DNA of 61,240 bases, counting the filler. It is 9 parts of 9 records of this genome, joined end to end, with 100 filler letters (N's around TTAATTAATTAA, not from the genome) between each part and the next. Parts side by side here need not be neighbours in the genome. Positions count along the whole stretch, not along the records: positions 28,390 to 34,281 come from SRR31156797_96000; positions 34,382 to 39,520 come from SRR31156797_96024; positions 39,621 to 48,086 come from SRR31156797_96035; 6 more parts are not named here. One strand, given 5' to 3'. Position numbers and translations under genes: made by a program. Position 1 is the stretch's first letter. Each line of letters begins with the position of its first letter. Of this stretch, positions 28,390 through 39,961 are shown piece by piece. The notes beneath the pieces were generated by a model. It saw only the letters and a program-made list of their open reading frames with translations, searched no databases and was not told where the DNA came from.

Positions 28390-31300
28390 GAACGATTCTG
28401 AATTCCGGAAGCGGGATCATTGATCTCAATGGCGTAGGAACAGTGACCCTCGGCCTGCTGGTTACAACCAGTTCAAGCACCACCTCTGGATCGGAAGCCG
28501 TAAATATTCTTTCTACCAGTGCGGGAGTTGTCGACGGCGGTGACACTGGCGGTGAGGACATTCAGGCCTCTGGCCGCCTCGTAATAGACGCGGCCGCGGG
28601 TATCGGCTCTGCTGATTCTCTGGAAACCGTCGTTGGATCGATGGATCTGGACAACTCCGCCGGCGGGAACATTGATGTATCCGAAACCGATGCTGTGACC
28701 GTAGTTCGTTCAGTTATCGCCGCAGGAGCCGGCGACCTTTCCATAATAACAATTGACGGCAGTCTCACGACAACCGGCCCCGTCTCAACAACTGGGGCAG
28801 GAACGATTACCCTGACCGCCGGTGATTCCGGCAGCTCGAACACCGACAATCTGGATATCCGCGGAACGATAGATGCGGATACGGGAAAAATAACTCTGAC
28901 CTCGGAGAACAATGACGTGGTTTTCAATGCAGCCGGGGATGTTACGACAACAAGCGGCGAGATTGAAATCAACGCCGGCGCTGCGGGTACCGGTCGGATA
29001 ACAATGGCGGATGGCTCCGTTCTGGATGCCGGTGATGACCTCATCGATTTAAACGGTTCCGGGGATATTACCCTGGGCCGGCTGATCACGACCAACGCCG
29101 GCCTGACAGCCGTAGAGGTCCTGGCACCGTCCGGCGGGATAATCGACGCCGGTGATACCGGCGGGGAAGATGTCGAAGCGGTTTCCGGCCGCCTGGTTAT
29201 TGATGCTTCCGATGGTATCGGCTCCGCAGGAGCCCTGGAAATCGAGGTCTCTTCCATCGATTTGGACAATACAACGACCGGGAATCTTCTGATAGAAGAA
29301 ACCGACGATCTGGAAATCATCAACTGCGTGATTGCAGCGGGCGGCGGTATTCTTAACATCGCCACAGACGACGGTGACATGACCGTAAACGGTATCGTCT
29401 CCACCACAGATGCAGGAACTCTGACCCTGACCGCCGGAGACTCGGGAGGATCCAATGATAATGATCTCTCTATCAATGCTCCCGTTACAGCGGTGAATGG
29501 AAAACTCACCCTCACCTCGGAAACCAACGATGTTCTCTTCTCGGCTGCGGGCGATATCACGACCACCAGCGGCGAGATTGAAGTGAGCGCCGGGATTGGC
29601 GGCGCGGGTGTTATAACCTTATCCGACGGGACAATCCTTGACGCCGGTGACGATATCATTGACCTCAATGCTCCAGGGAATATTACCCTGGGCCAGCTCA
29701 TCACAACCAGTACGGAAACCACAGCGGGTTCCGAGGCTGTTAACATCAACACCACAGGCGGCGCTCTTATCGACGGCGGCGATACCAATGGTGAGGATAT
29801 TCAGGCCGGGGGCAGGCTGATCGTAGACGCGGCCACGGGAATCGGTTCTGCCGACAGTCTTGAAACGGCAGTTGATTCGGCGGACTTCGACCTGAGTACA
29901 AGCGGCAATATTGATATCGACGACACAGGAAGCCTCACCGTGGTCCAGGCGATCATTGCCGCAGGTGACGGGAACCTTACGCTGGAAACAACCGGCGGGA
30001 TTGCCTCGACCGGAGAAATCTCCACGACCGGGGCGGGAAATATTATACTCAACGTTTCCGCGGGGACAATTTCGACAGCAGGCGAGGTTCTGGTATCCGG
30101 AGACGGAGCCATCTCCATTACGACCGCCGGCGGCGTCGGAGATGATATCTCCGCCTCGGAAAAAGTTGAAGCCGCCGGAGCAGGATCCATAACGATTAAC
30201 GCCGGTGCCGGGGATATTTCTATTACCGATCAAATCAACTCAGGTTCCGGGGCCACGGCAACCATGAGCCTGACCGGTGCCACAATCTCCCTGGGTGCTC
30301 CGGATTCCGACGGCACCGATCTCCTCTCTCAGGATGGCGCTATCTCCCTGAACGGAAATCTCGAACTTATGGAAGATGTTCTTATCGACTCCACCGGTGC
30401 CGGGGCCGGGACAGGGGCAGACCTTACCGTTACCGGGACCACAGACTCCGATACTGCTGACGAATGGACCCTGACCATCACCACAGCAACAGATGCCACC
30501 GATGATGGCACCGATTCGGGAGACGTGGATTTCCAGGACATTATCGGCGGAACAACTCCGATCCTCTCCCTCACAATCACCGCTGATTTTGTCACTTTGA
30601 ACGGAATCGGTTCCGGAGGAAGCTACGGTATTCTCGGGAATACAGCGGCCTACGGTGTGGCTGGTGAGAACACGGCCGTCACGGTTTATGCAAACGATCT
30701 GATTGAACTCACCTCTACCACAGGCGGGGACTACCATACGACCTTGAAACAGTTCTATCACAGCTACAGCGATTCGGTCCGTCTTGCTTCGATCAATTCG
30801 GATATTGATCTGGGAACCGTGGGGGGAGTCAGCCCTCAGGTTCTCTTCAATAAACTCTACATCGATTTCGATCCCGCGTGGAGGATTACAACCCTTTCGG
30901 ATATAGGCGCCAACGGCCGGATTGTCTTCTACCGCGGGACTCTGGAATTGGGTTCGACTTATGCTCTCTACTCCGATGCGGATAACGACGGCTCCGGGGA
31001 CGGGGATATCGTTATCTACGGTGCGAACTACGATGCGAATGACACGGACCTCGATAATACCGACGCCGGAAATACGGCTTTTGTCTATCAGACGACAACG
31101 GTAATTCCGAAGGCGGATCTTGCCGGTTACGGTGCCGTTTTCGAGGCCAACGATGATTCCATTCTTGCCATCGGTAAACCCAACGGGGACGTTTCCTCTT
31201 CAGGAACGGGGAACCTCTATGTGAACGGGACCGATCTCACGGGACTGGGTGACTGGAAGCTCTACGTGAAGAGCGCAGATACGACCGCCGTTGCGGGCTA

Positions 31301-34281
31301 CACCGAAACCGGGACCTATGACGACTCCTATACCTGGGGTTCCGTCTACAATATGGTTTTCAACTCCACGGTCTCCAACTGCGGTACAGTCGTCGGCGGG
31401 AATATTGCTGCGGCCTCCACCATTGCTGCCGGCGGAAGCGTCGGAGAGGATGATAACCACCGGGTCATTGACGGAAGCGGGAATGATACCTACGATCCTG
31501 CCGATGCAGATGCGGCCGCAGGAAGGGGCTGGGACTTCACAAGGCCTTATATAACTTCCTTTGAGACGGTCTTCGACAATGTGATCCGGGTGACATTCAA
31601 CGAACCAATCGAGAATGATAATAACCAGATCTCCAATGCGGTTGCCGATTTTATCACCAATTCCATGGGGGCCGGCGGTTCGGTCGGTTTTACCCAGACC
31701 TGGGTGGACGATGATGCCACACCCGATGCGCCTCCCTATAACTTCACTCTCACCGATGGCGAGGGCGATCTCTCGACCTTCTACCTCTATGTTCCCCGAT
31801 CGACCCTGACCTGGAATACAGATGCCACTGGAACAACGATCGGTGCCGAGACCGGCATAGCCGACCATGAAGATACAGTCAATGCGGGTTCCACCGACAG
31901 GGAAGGGGATCATCAGGAAACGATCCCCGACCTCTCTTTCCTCAAGGGAATCCTGACCGATGCCGGCGGGCATAATATGATCCGCAATTACAATCGGAAC
32001 AATGCTCCGATCTGTGACGGATCCGCCGATGAAACCTTTACCGACAACTGCCGGCCCGTTCTTATTGATGTTGCTGCAGGCCGGGCGGATCACGAGGATG
32101 CAGCTTCCGATGAACCCTACGACGCCCACAACTTCCTCCATCTGCGCTATTCGGAGCCGGTGAATATCGGGACTGAGGCTGACTACCAGGCCCGGGCCGC
32201 CTCCCGGATCGAAAACGGCAGGGCCGATGAAAGCTTTGATGCAGCCGGAGAGCACGGGGGCCATATTGTCCAGGACGGCAGTGATGTTGCTGTGACAGGA
32301 TTTTTCACTTATCCGGGAGATTTCCTCTCCGGCGTCATTGATTCCGACGGTAACCCGGCCATCTCCTCGATCTACCGGGGTGGTAATGAGAACCCCTCGG
32401 GAGACTTCGGTCTGACCCTCTATCTGGCCGGCTGGCGGGCGGATGCCGACTCTTATTGGCCCGGTTATCTGGGCGATCCGACCCAGACGATCGACGATCA
32501 CACCCCCAACACCGATGTGTCCGCCGGCGGAATTGATGTCACCGTTATCTCAAATGATCTGATCACCGACGAGTCGGGGAATGGGCAGGAGCCCTCAGAT
32601 GAACCCTACCGGACATTCGATCCCGAGGCTATAACCGATCAGGATCCAGAGATCAAAGGATATGTCGACGATATTGCACCGGGTGTCGCCGGTTCCGGAG
32701 CCATCTCCATGCCCTCCACCCACCTGGATGAATGGGATGTGGAGCATCCCTATTTCTCCGAATACACCGAAGGTGAAGCCGATCTCTTCGAGGTTCTCTT
32801 AAGAGACGGTAATGCCGACGGTTTCGTCGATACCCTGGATATTCATTTCCAGGACAACTACTCTTCCAACCGATCGGTCCAGGTGACAGGTGGAACCTGG
32901 GATTCTGCCACCGATCACACCCAGGAGATAAACGATCCTACGGCTCCCTTCCATCCCCGCGGTATGCGGGATGCCAGTGTCTCCCGGACCCTGGACAGCG
33001 CCGTGACTCCGATCACCATGGAGGATGTGGATGTTGAACCATCGGCCAATATCCCTTCGCCGGTCTTCAACACAGAGGTTCTCCAGAATCTCTTCAACAC
33101 CAGTCTCCTCACCGATAGTGTCTCCGATCCGGATGACCCCTATTTTGCCATCGGTTTTGATCAGGATACGATGGACTGGGACCTGACAGTCTCGGTCTAC
33201 CTCGAATACAATGCGGAGGTCGGGTTTTTTACCGATTTGGCAGGAAACCTGATGCCCTCGACTGTCGGTCAGCTGCTGGCTGTTGAACGGATTCCTCCGC
33301 GGTTCCAGCTCACCCTTATCGGTGTGGGTTCGGATCAGCTCTACGTGCGGTTCACCGAATCTGTCTATCCATCGGATGGTGTTTCTATAACGCCAGGACA
33401 TTTTGTGATCACCGATCAGAACGGTGATGATAATGGTCTGTATATGGTTGATAGTATTGAACCCATAACAGAAACGAGTGATGGGACTGGATTCCGGGAT
33501 GCCTATTTGACACTCGATAATGAGATAGATGAGAACTTTGCGGTTTTCGGAACGATCCGCCCGGCCGGAGGGTTCGGGACGAATGATACAGGAATTAAAG
33601 ATAAGGTGGACAACTACATCTCTATCGATGAGAGCCATCCCATCACCGATGTGGGCCTCGGAGTTCTTGAACCTGTTTTTGCCGACGACGGGATCAACAC
33701 CGACGCCGCCCAGGGCGGGATCAGTCCTTCCCTGAAGGTTTTTGACGGCTCCGGAAGGCTGCTGGATGAAGATATTACAGTTGAGGCCTCCATCCTCGCT
33801 GACGAGGCTGAAGATCTGCCGGCTACCCTCTACTATGATGTAGATGTTCCGGACTCTATGCTCTTTTTCGGATCCGATATCCGGGAGACGGATTTCTGGA
33901 TGCCCCAGACGATCTCCGGTCTGGAGATTCTGGCCAATACGACTGCCCGAAGTGTAACGCCCTTCCGCAGCGATTCCGGTACCCGGGATTTTCTGATACC
34001 AGAGGGGGATGATGAAATGGAGTCGGGAAATAAGATTGAATTTATTATGACCCTGGGTGATCTCGTTTGTGCCCGCTGGGAGGATGAGAGTACTCCTCTG
34101 GCGGTCGCCCCCTGGTCCTTTAATATCGATGAGATTGTCGCCCAGTCCGCCGGAGTGACGATCTTGAACAATGTGATAAACCCCGAGGAAGATCAGGCCG
34201 CCTCCCTTCTCTACGAGCTGGAAGAGGCGGGGATGGTCACGATCAATGTCTTCAACCTGGCCGGAGACAAGATAAAGACCC
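28390..34281 (+). CDS. Giant acidic surface protein (beta-helical repeats, Ig-like domains, FlgD-Ig-like C-terminal domain), truncated at both ends; spirochaete-like
   Basis: Frame open across the whole contig; three ~205-aa repeats starting near 28443, 29067 and 29682; Ig-like motifs (VTFNEPI, LRYSEPV, VRFTESV); terminal GVTILNNVINP..AGMVTINVFNLAGD. Confidence 0.8.
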
Positions 34282-34381
34282 NNNNNNNNNNNNNNNNNNN
34301 NNNNNNNNNNNNNNNNNNNNNNNNNTTAATTAATTAANNNNNNNNNNNNNNNNNNNNNNNNNNNNNNNNNNNNNNNNNNNN
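34282..34381. other. Artificial contig spacer
   Basis: N44-TTAATTAATTAA-N44. Confidence 0.99.
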
Positions 34382-36246
34382 TCGGCTCCCTCAACTCCGC
34401 CAAAATTTCCGTTATATCTTCGACTGGAAACGAAGACATATTTAGAACCTTGCTCTTCTGTGATTGGAGTTAGGAGATAAGCCATCCTGGAGCCTACTTT
34501 CGTCCAGCCAATACCTGCAATTTGCCCATTCTCGTTAATTGACCAAGCGCTGAAAAGGCGTGCCCAGGCATTGGGTCTGAGGCCACCGTTAACCTGTTCT
34601 CCAAGATCTTTGAAGCCTTCGTCCATGCTCCACATGTAGGCATGCGGTCCTAAGTTCACATCATTTTCGTTAAATTTGTTATACGTCCCGAGAACTATTC
34701 CGTCCTCACTGAGAAAAGATACCGAAGAATATGCAAAATTGTCTGTACTCCTGGCAGAAAATAAAAGTTCATATGTTTGCTGGGTACCAGGATCATAAAA
34801 CCATGCAGTTTGACCATTTTCACTGTTACCCCTAAAACGTTCTGAATGTCCAATGACCTGGCCTGCCTTATTAAGTTGTTTTACATCACTATATTGGAAA
34901 CCATCGACATCTTGAGTATATTCATCTTCAATCAGTCCTATTTTTTTGGTTCCGCTCACATCTGCTATCCATGCAGATTGTCCGTTTGATTTGTTTTTAT
35001 TGTAACAGCAAGATGATCCATCGCCACCGTCACCTACGAAGCGCTCTGACAATCCAATAACCTGCCCGGTCTCGTTAAGTAATATTGGCAAACTGTTTTG
35101 GTACCCATTGGCACTATCAGTGTGTTCTTTGTCAAGCAATCCTACTTTTGTTATGCTGCTATCATCTGCTATCCAGGCAGAGTATCCATTATAGACTCGT
35201 TGCCTGTAGCGGGTTGAATATCCAATGACCTGTCCGATGTCGTTAAGTGAGATTACCCCACTATGTTGTTCACCGTCACTATCGGTGTGTTCTTCTCCAA
35301 ACAATCCAAGTTTTCTTGTTGTACCGTCAGCTTCTGCTATCCACGCCGATCGCCCATGGTTTCTATCATTTTCAAAACGATATGAATACCCAATGACCTG
35401 ACCTGCCTCGTTAAGTTGCCTTACATCACTAGACTGGTAACCATTACCACTATTAGTATGTACATTATCCCAAAAACCAATTCTTGTTGTTTCGTTCACA
35501 TCTGCTATCCACGCAGACTGCCCATCGCTAGCCCAGGAAAAGTCGCCTGCTTTTTCGATGTGGCGTTCTGAATACCCAATGGCCTGACCAGTCTCATTAA
35601 GTTGCTCTACGTCACTGTATTGATCTCCCCAATACTCTTTAGTGTGTTCCTCGTCAATTAAACCAATTCTGGTTATACCGTTAAGATCAGCTATCCATGC
35701 AGATCGTCCACCATCGCGGCGGTCTGAAACACCAATAACCTGACCTGCTTCGTTAAGATCCAATGAATAGCTACGTTTGTACCCACTTTGTTCATTAGTA
35801 TGATCGTAATCAGTAAAACCAATTTTTGTTGTACCGTGAATATCAGCTATCCATGCAGATGTTGAGTTGTTTCCGTATGATCCTCCAATGACCTGGCCAG
35901 CCTCGTTGAGTTGCCTTACAACACTAGCTTGGTACCCAAGGGCATTAGTGTGGTTGTCGTCAATCAAGCCAATTCTAATTGTTTGAGTACCATCAGCTAT
36001 CCATGCTGAGCTTCCATTAATTTTGTCACCATCATACCGGTATGACTTTCCAATGACTTGGCCTGCATCGTTTAGTTGTTCTGGAAAATTTTTTTGCTTC
36101 TTTGTGGACTCTTTAGTGTGTTCCTCGTCAATTGGACCGAGCATTCTAATATCATAAAGAGTCTGTGCATTAAGTACTAAACCGGTGAAAAAAAAGTGGG
36201 AGGAAATAATGAGAGCTAAAGAGCCATATTTTTTAACTTGATGCAC
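34382..36246 (-). CDS. Secreted tandem-repeat (HAF-like, probable beta-propeller) protein followed by the start of a DUF1554/endostatin-like domain; 3'-truncated
   Basis: AAGGAG RBS then GTG 36246; signal peptide; 8 clear repeats LNxxGQVIG..SAWIAD..IG..D..HT; ends YVFVSSRRYNGNFGGVEGA. Confidence 0.8.
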
Positions 36247-37002
36247 GGTATATATTCTCCTTTTTTGGGTTTCATACAACTAATGCGTTTTTTTCAAAAA
36301 TATCAGATGTGAGAGGGAACCAAACAATTAACAATTCAACCTACACTCATTACCACAAGGCTTCAATATTCATATTTAATTAATTTCTGTCACTTTTGAT
36401 GTTTTTCCTCTGAAGGGATTGGAAATTAAAGGACTTATCATGAGTGCCGCAATATAGATGGAGGATGTCGCGGTGATGGAGGGAGCTCAATATCTAATGC
36501 GGTATTATGTTGGTCTTTTAAGATAGAGAATGGAAGATAAAGGATGGACCTGGAGTTTTACTTGAAAAAAGTAAATAGCGGATGGTGCACTCCATATCAA
36601 GCTTTTTATATAGAAGGATATGTTCTTTCTGCAATGATATTTATAAAAATACAGTTGTTGATGGTGTTGGTTGCTGAAATTTAGTCACCTCTCTGGGAGG
36701 GGAGGATACTTAAATAAGGTGGGAGGCTGCAGGCCGTAGCCATTTGTTTGAGGTAACAATAAAGAACCGTAGGCCCGTAGGCCTCCGTCGACTGAACAGG
36801 AACGTCTTTTGGTCTACTGTGCCTGATTATCAAGTTGTTATTACGCTTTTCAATTCGATACAGTTTCCTCTCTTTAGCTAAGGTGTCGCTGGGTGTACCT
36901 AATACTGCTGTGGCGGCTCACCGTTCCATCCAGCGGTTAGATTGTGGTGTTTGCTGACCGAAGAATAATGTCCCTCTGTGACCCACTCTTCCATTTAGTC
37001 AT

Positions 37003-37038
37003 AAAAAAAGCCGGACTACCTATTTCAGGTGGCCCGGC
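37003..37038 (-). terminator. Intrinsic terminator overlapping the riboswitch 3' end
   Basis: Minus strand GCCGGGCCACCT-GAAAT-AGGTAGTCCGGC followed by T7. Confidence 0.88.
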
Positions 37039-37097
37039 TATCTTCTAAAGACCCGTGGCTTTCCGTCCCTGTCTTTCAGCAGGTTTGGCTTTATCCG
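37025..37097 (-). ncRNA. c-di-GMP-I (GEMM-I) riboswitch aptamer
   Basis: Minus strand AAAGCCAAACCTGCTGAAAGACAGGGACGGAAAGCCACGGGTCTTTAGAAGATAGCCGGGCCACCTGA shows the GNNAAAC, GAAA-tetraloop P2, GAC..AAAGC and P3 GGGTCT/AGATAGCC elements. Confidence 0.9.
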
Positions 37098-37862
37098 ATG
37101 TTGATTAATTCATTATATGGAGTCGCTGAAAAAAATACAAGGTAATGGTGTGGCGCCTAGGTGATTGTTTTTGTAAAATAGTTGTGGCGAGGGTGGGGGC
37201 AATAATTGGTAATGTTGGAGTTGAGAGTTTCACAATCCGCCTAATGTCATGTTAGCTGAGGCTTTTCATTTATCATATTGGTTGTTTGGCATCTTAATTT
37301 GCGGACACCCCGTGTAGGTAGAATCATCAGGCATATATTCGGCCAGAGTAATCTCCAGAACAAACAGGCGATACCAGCAGATGGAAAATATATGAGACAA
37401 TAATTCACATAGCGTTGTTTTTTGGTAAGGCTTGAAGGTGTGCATTTGAGACGGCTTCGTGGAGCGTATTGAGGGGTGTTATTTCTGTCACTCCCATAAT
37501 GGTAGACAGTGTCCTCAGGCGTGGTAGGCCGATATATGTGAGACCGGTAATTCGGACGGGAGGATACATTAGATATGAGATGGTTTGATTGAAATCGTAT
37601 TTGGCAGCAATTTTCTTCAGTGCCTGTTGGAGATTATTTTTATTTGTTTTTGTACGAGTAGCTTGATATCCTTTTTGTACATATCTCCTCGGTTTTGAAT
37701 TGCAGTATTTCTACTGGAGTGTCTTAGCAGGATAGGAGGTTTGTGCTTTCGAATAACTTTTTTTGGTTATTGTCACTAGATTTTATGCCCATTTTATATG
37801 TGATAAACCTCCACTAACGGTGTTTGCCGCAATAATAATATAGTTGTCTATGGAGTTGTTTT

Positions 37863-39520
37863 ATGCCGTCTTTTTTGAAAAATCTTGTTCCGAAAAAAAT
37901 AAAAACTAAGGTTCTTCTCATGATTGGCTCTCTGTTAACCTTAATGGTTGCCGTGCCGACTTTTCTTACCTACAAGGCTACCCTTGATAATATGGGGAGT
38001 AGGCTGACCGAAGAGCAAAAGGTGACCATTTCACAGGCCCACAGTCAGATTGTACTGGAGAAGGGCGGGCAACTCAGGCTGTTTGCCCATGCCGTTGCCG
38101 GGATGCCCTCCATTCAGGACAACGTCCAATTCCAAGATAGGGAGTCTCTCCAGGGTATTGCTGGGCCTTTATTTGATCAACTCAAAAAAATTGAAGATCT
38201 AAATGTCTTCCATTTTCATCTTCCGCCCGCCACCTCTTTTTTATGATTACAAAAGCCTGAAAAATTTGGGGACGACCTTTCTAGTTTCAGAAAAACGGTA
38301 GTCCAAGTCAATCAAAACAATAAGGATGCTGTTGGGATAGAGGCAGGTGTCGCTGGGATTTCTGTGCGGGCGGTGGTCCCGATAAACTACCTCAACAAGA
38401 AACATTGCGGTTCGGTGGAGTTCGGTGCACCACTCAATGACAAGTTGCTTCTTGGAATTAAAGAGCAAATCGGAAGCAATATATCACTCATCGTCCCTGA
38501 TGGTAACGGTTTTAAATATCAGGCAAAAACCAATTCTCTTACCATTCCAGAAAAGAAATTTTCATTCTAAAAAAAGTGATGGCCTCCAAAGACATAATCG
38601 TCAAGCGGGTTACTAAAAACAATAAAGAGCTGTTGACTGCTTATATGCCCATTCTTGATTATTCGGGAAATGGCGTCGGGGTACTCGCCATTCCTAAGGA
38701 TATTGGCGATGCTTTAGTTGGTGCGAAGCGCAAAGCATGGATTTCTGTTGGCCTGGGTATTGGTGTTCTTCTGGTTGTCCTGGTGTTGGTCTATTTCATG
38801 TTCGTTAATATGATAGATAGGCCGGTGAAACAGTTTACTTCTCTTTTGGAGTCGGCGAGCAGGGGCGATCTATCAAGGGAAGTTGATATGAGCTCCATCG
38901 CCCCTGTTAACTGTTCGGAGAAGATTGGGTGTAACAATCCTGATTGCACAATGTATGGGAAGGAGGGGTGGCGTTAGGAGGAAGCAGGTTCTGCAGCAAC
39001 CAACATACAGTGTCCGATGATTCTCAGCGGTGAATATGCTTTCTGCAGTGATTGCAAGGGAGCATTCAGGTCAAGTGTGAAAGACGAGTTTTCTGAATTG
39101 AGTGCGTACCTGCATTCATTTGTTGCCAATGTACGTACAATGGTCCGGGATATCAGGGGTAACAGTGACGGGCTTGATCGGTCATCCCATGGGTTGACAG
39201 TACTTTCTGAAAAGATTGACAGCGGTTCAACCGATTCGGCATCCCTTTCAAATGGGGCCGCTGCTAATGTCGGCATAATGAGTACGGCCACAGAGGAGAT
39301 AGGGGCAACCGTCGGCGAAATCCAACAATCCACCAGGAAGGCCAAGAATATTACCGGTGAGGCGGTAGCTCAGGCAGCCGATATTGGAGAAAAGGTGGAT
39401 GAGCTTGGTGCGGCGGCAAATGATATTGGAAAGGTAACCGATACCATTGCCGAAATATCCGACCAGACTAATTTGCTGGCACTTAACGCAACCATTGAGG
39501 CGGCCAGGGCAGGTGAAGCA
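37863..39520 (+). pseudogene. Methyl-accepting chemotaxis protein (dCache-type sensor, HAMP with Cys-rich insert), disrupted; 3'-truncated by contig end
   Basis: TM1, FHFHLPPATSFL*LQKPEKFGDDLS, TM2, IAEISDQTNLLALNATIEAARAGEA; lesions: TGA 38244-38246, -1 frameshift near 38567, TAG 38975-38977. Confidence 0.9.
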
Positions 39521-39620
39521 NNNNNNNNNNNNNNNNNNNNNNNNNNNNNNNNNNNNNNNNNNNNTTAATTAATTAANNNNNNNNNNNNNNNNNNNNNNNN
39601 NNNNNNNNNNNNNNNNNNNN
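39521..39620. other. Artificial contig spacer
   Basis: N44-TTAATTAATTAA-N44. Confidence 0.99.
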
Positions 39621-39854
39621 TCAATGTTAAAATGTTGATGTTACCATACCTTTGCGGCCACGGGATAAGACCCAGGCCAATATTTTTCGCAGAACAGCAT
39701 TTGCCATGCCTATGTCTGCAATACGTCCGAAAAAATACAAATTGGGTCAATCTATATTAATATATGTTTCCATTGTCAAGTTTAATTGGGAAAGCCCAGC
39801 AATTCTAAATCCCTTCCGTGCCCTGACGGACACAACAAACGATGAAAGAGGTGA

Positions 39855-39925
39855 GTCTTGAGTGGTGAGTATTGAGGAACACAACTTGATTTAAATCCCA
39901 CTACTCAATACTCACCACTCAAGAC
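39855..39925. repeat. Perfect 22-bp inverted repeat with 27-nt spacer, arms built from 7-nt units
   Basis: GTCTTGAGTGGTGAGTATTGAG (39855-39876) / CTCAATACTCACCACTCAAGAC (39904-39925). Confidence 0.9.
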
Positions 39926-39961
39926 GTTCATATAACGAAAACCTGCCGGGCCCGGCGCGCT

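Noticed and set aside
36720-36945. A GGCCTACGGGCCTAC segment resembling a second GEMM aptamer and an ATCTAAC..TTAGGT segment resembling attC
   Set aside because: The P2/GAAA and AAAC elements are missing; there is no proper GTTRRRY end, L-box pairing or integrase.
38244-38977. In-frame TGA and TAG in the chemoreceptor as possible Sec/Pyl recoding or an alternative genetic code
   Set aside because: The positions correspond to Arg (CGA) and probably Trp (TGG) single-base changes, and a frameshift lies between them; pseudogenisation is simpler.
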